The translations under genes were made by a program, and so were the position numbers. A stretch of 63,828 nucleotides of DNA, filler included, from Chiloscyllium plagiosum (lineage: Eukaryota): assembly GCF_004010195.1 (NCBI RefSeq). It is 3 parts of one record of this genome, joined end to end, with 100 filler letters (N's around TTAATTAATTAA, not from the genome) between each part and the next. Parts side by side here need not be neighbours in the genome. Positions count along the whole stretch, not along the records: positions 60,407 to 63,828 come from NC_057717.1; 2 more parts are not named here. One strand, given 5' to 3'. Within the stretch, counting starts at the first letter, position 1; every line of letters starts with the position of its first letter. This document shows, piece by piece, positions 62,182-63,828 of this stretch. The notes under the pieces are model-generated. The model saw nothing but the letters and a program-made list of their open reading frames with translations, did not search any database and had not been told where the DNA came from.

Positions 62182-63395
62182 ATGGGAGGCACGGGGAGTT
62201 GCCTGTGTAACGATCGATTTGTAAGTAACGTTAAAGGGGATATATCCCACCCGACAGTTCTTTGGGGAGAATGTTGAGTAATTGGGAACACAACTCCCGG
62301 ACGCGGGAGAAAGATAAGGCTACAATGATAAACTATTGTTGTTTCATTTGGACTAGAGAAAAGTATTAAGGCACCTGGTATTTTTTTGGNNNNNNNNNNN
62401 NNNNNNNNNNNNNNNNNNNNNNNNNNNNNNNNNNNNNNNNNNNNNNNNNNNNNNNNNNNNNNNNNNNNNNNNNNNNNNNNNNNNNNNNNNNNNNNNNNNN
62501 NNNNNNNNNNNNNNNNNNNNNNNNNNNNNNNNNNNNNAGTGAAGTTAGGGTCTTTCAAAAGGAACTGAAAAGTTTAACAGAGGATCAGGTTGGACTAGCC
62601 GAACAATTAGATCAATTCCTAGGGCCTAATTTATATCCCTGGGGAGGATTGATGGCAATTTTAGGAACGTTATTTTCAGGGGAAGAACGAGGTATGATTC
62701 GGAGAGCGGCTTTATAGGAATGGGAAAAGAAGCACCCAGTTGGGGAAGAAGGGGCTCCAGCAGAACAGAAATTCCCAAATGTTGACCCTCATTTCGAAAA
62801 TAATGACAGAGAAGATAGGGTGTCAATGCGGGATCTACGAGAAATGGTAATATTATGAATTAAAGAGGCGGCACCTAGATCACAAAACTTTGTTAATGCC
62901 TTTGAAGTACGACAAGAGAAGGATGAAACCACTTCTCCATTTCTTAAAAGGCTCAAGGAGGCCACAAGGAAGTATTCGGGAATGGATCCCGATAATTCGA
63001 TAGCACAGGGAGTCTTAAAGGTCCAATTTGAAACTAAATCATGGCCGGGCATACAAAAGAGATTACAGGAATTAGATGGATGGAGTGAAAGAAACAGATG
63101 GAAGAACTGTTATGTGAGTCACAGAAAGTGTATGTCAAAAGGGGAGACGAGAAGCAGAAAAACAAAAGCCAAAATGATGGTGGACGCAGTAGAAGAAATA
63201 ATAAAAAGGAGACTCGAATCAAGGGATAATCGGAAGGATAGGGGAGGACACGAAACACAAAGGTCGGACATCTGGGGAAGGAGGCAACAGGCAGGGTGTA
63301 ACCATTGCGGGAAAGTGGGGCATTTTAAACGGGAATGCCGGGAATTAGCACGAGAAATGGAAGCCATTTCTGTAATGACCTTAGATGAAGATTAG
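62182..63395 (+). pseudogene. gag: gag of the second ERV, disrupted and partly in a gap
   Basis: MGGTGS start; IPPDSSLGRML, YCCFIWT matrix motifs; MHR VRQEKDETTSPFLKRLKEA; intact CNHCGKVGHFKREC knuckle; TAG stop. Confidence 0.9.
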
Positions 63396-63803
63396 GGGAG
63401 TCAGGGTTTCCATCCTCCTGAGATCCACTCGGAACACTTGATAATTTTAAAGGTGGAACCTGAAGGGGAGGAGGCAGTATTTTTGGTGGACACAGAAGCG
63501 GTCCGATCATCCCTAAATTTTCGACCTACCGGTATGAAACTGACTAACAAGAATCTCAGGGTTTCCGGAGTAAAAGGCGAGGAGTTCTTGGTGTCTATTT
63601 TTGAACCAACCCTAATTAGAAGAAATGATGAGGAAGCGATAGGACAATTACTATATATTCGTGACATTGGAAGTCATCTATTAGGTAGGGATTTGATTAT
63701 ATTGCTGGGCTTAAAGGCTGGGGTGGAGGATAGTGCAGTAACTGTAACGATGGCTAAGACATCCCAAGGAATATGGGTCCTCCCAGATGGAAGGGAGTTA
63801 TGA
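63396..63803 (+). pseudogene. pro: Retroviral aspartic protease, in frame with gag after an amber codon
   Basis: FLVDTEA (DTG mutated to DTE) and LLGRDL. Confidence 0.88.
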
Positions 63804-63828
63804 AGTAAACCAGTCATGAGAAACATCC

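Larger units (their letters stand above)
60560..63828 (+). mobile_element. Second ERV (class I, gamma-like, tRNA-Pro primed), 5' portion, defective
   Basis: LTR, PBS, ~1-kb leader, gag and protease in order. Confidence 0.92.

Overview
Repeat-rich vertebrate DNA, almost certainly from a shark or other cartilaginous fish: HE1/V-SINE-type SINEs, CR1 LINEs, Penelope-like elements and a GPR139-like GPCR. It is a gappy draft assembly with two artificial TTAATTAATTAA scaffold linkers. Main contents: (1) two arrays of a 41/49-bp satellite that is the reverse complement of the CR1/HE1 3' tail (1013-7085, 22253-24460); (2) a 42-bp satellite made from a LINE reverse-transcriptase motif (7586-8940); (3) a decayed near-full-length epsilon-related ERV on the minus strand (13410-21437), inserted into a CR1 endonuclease domain, whose env appears to begin with a CD300/pIgR-like Ig V domain and whose pol keeps a possible 2H-phosphoesterase remnant; (4) a solo LTR inside a SINE; (5) a ~7.5-kb tandem duplication; (6) exon 1-like (10.2 kb) and exon 2 (49.4 kb) pieces of GPR139-like genes; (7) a ~9.3-kb GA-rich purine tract; (8) the 5' part of a second, tRNA-Pro-primed gamma-like ERV (60560-end). 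Most ORFs in the track are spurious (gaps, satellites, low complexity). All family calls are by motif recognition, not database search.
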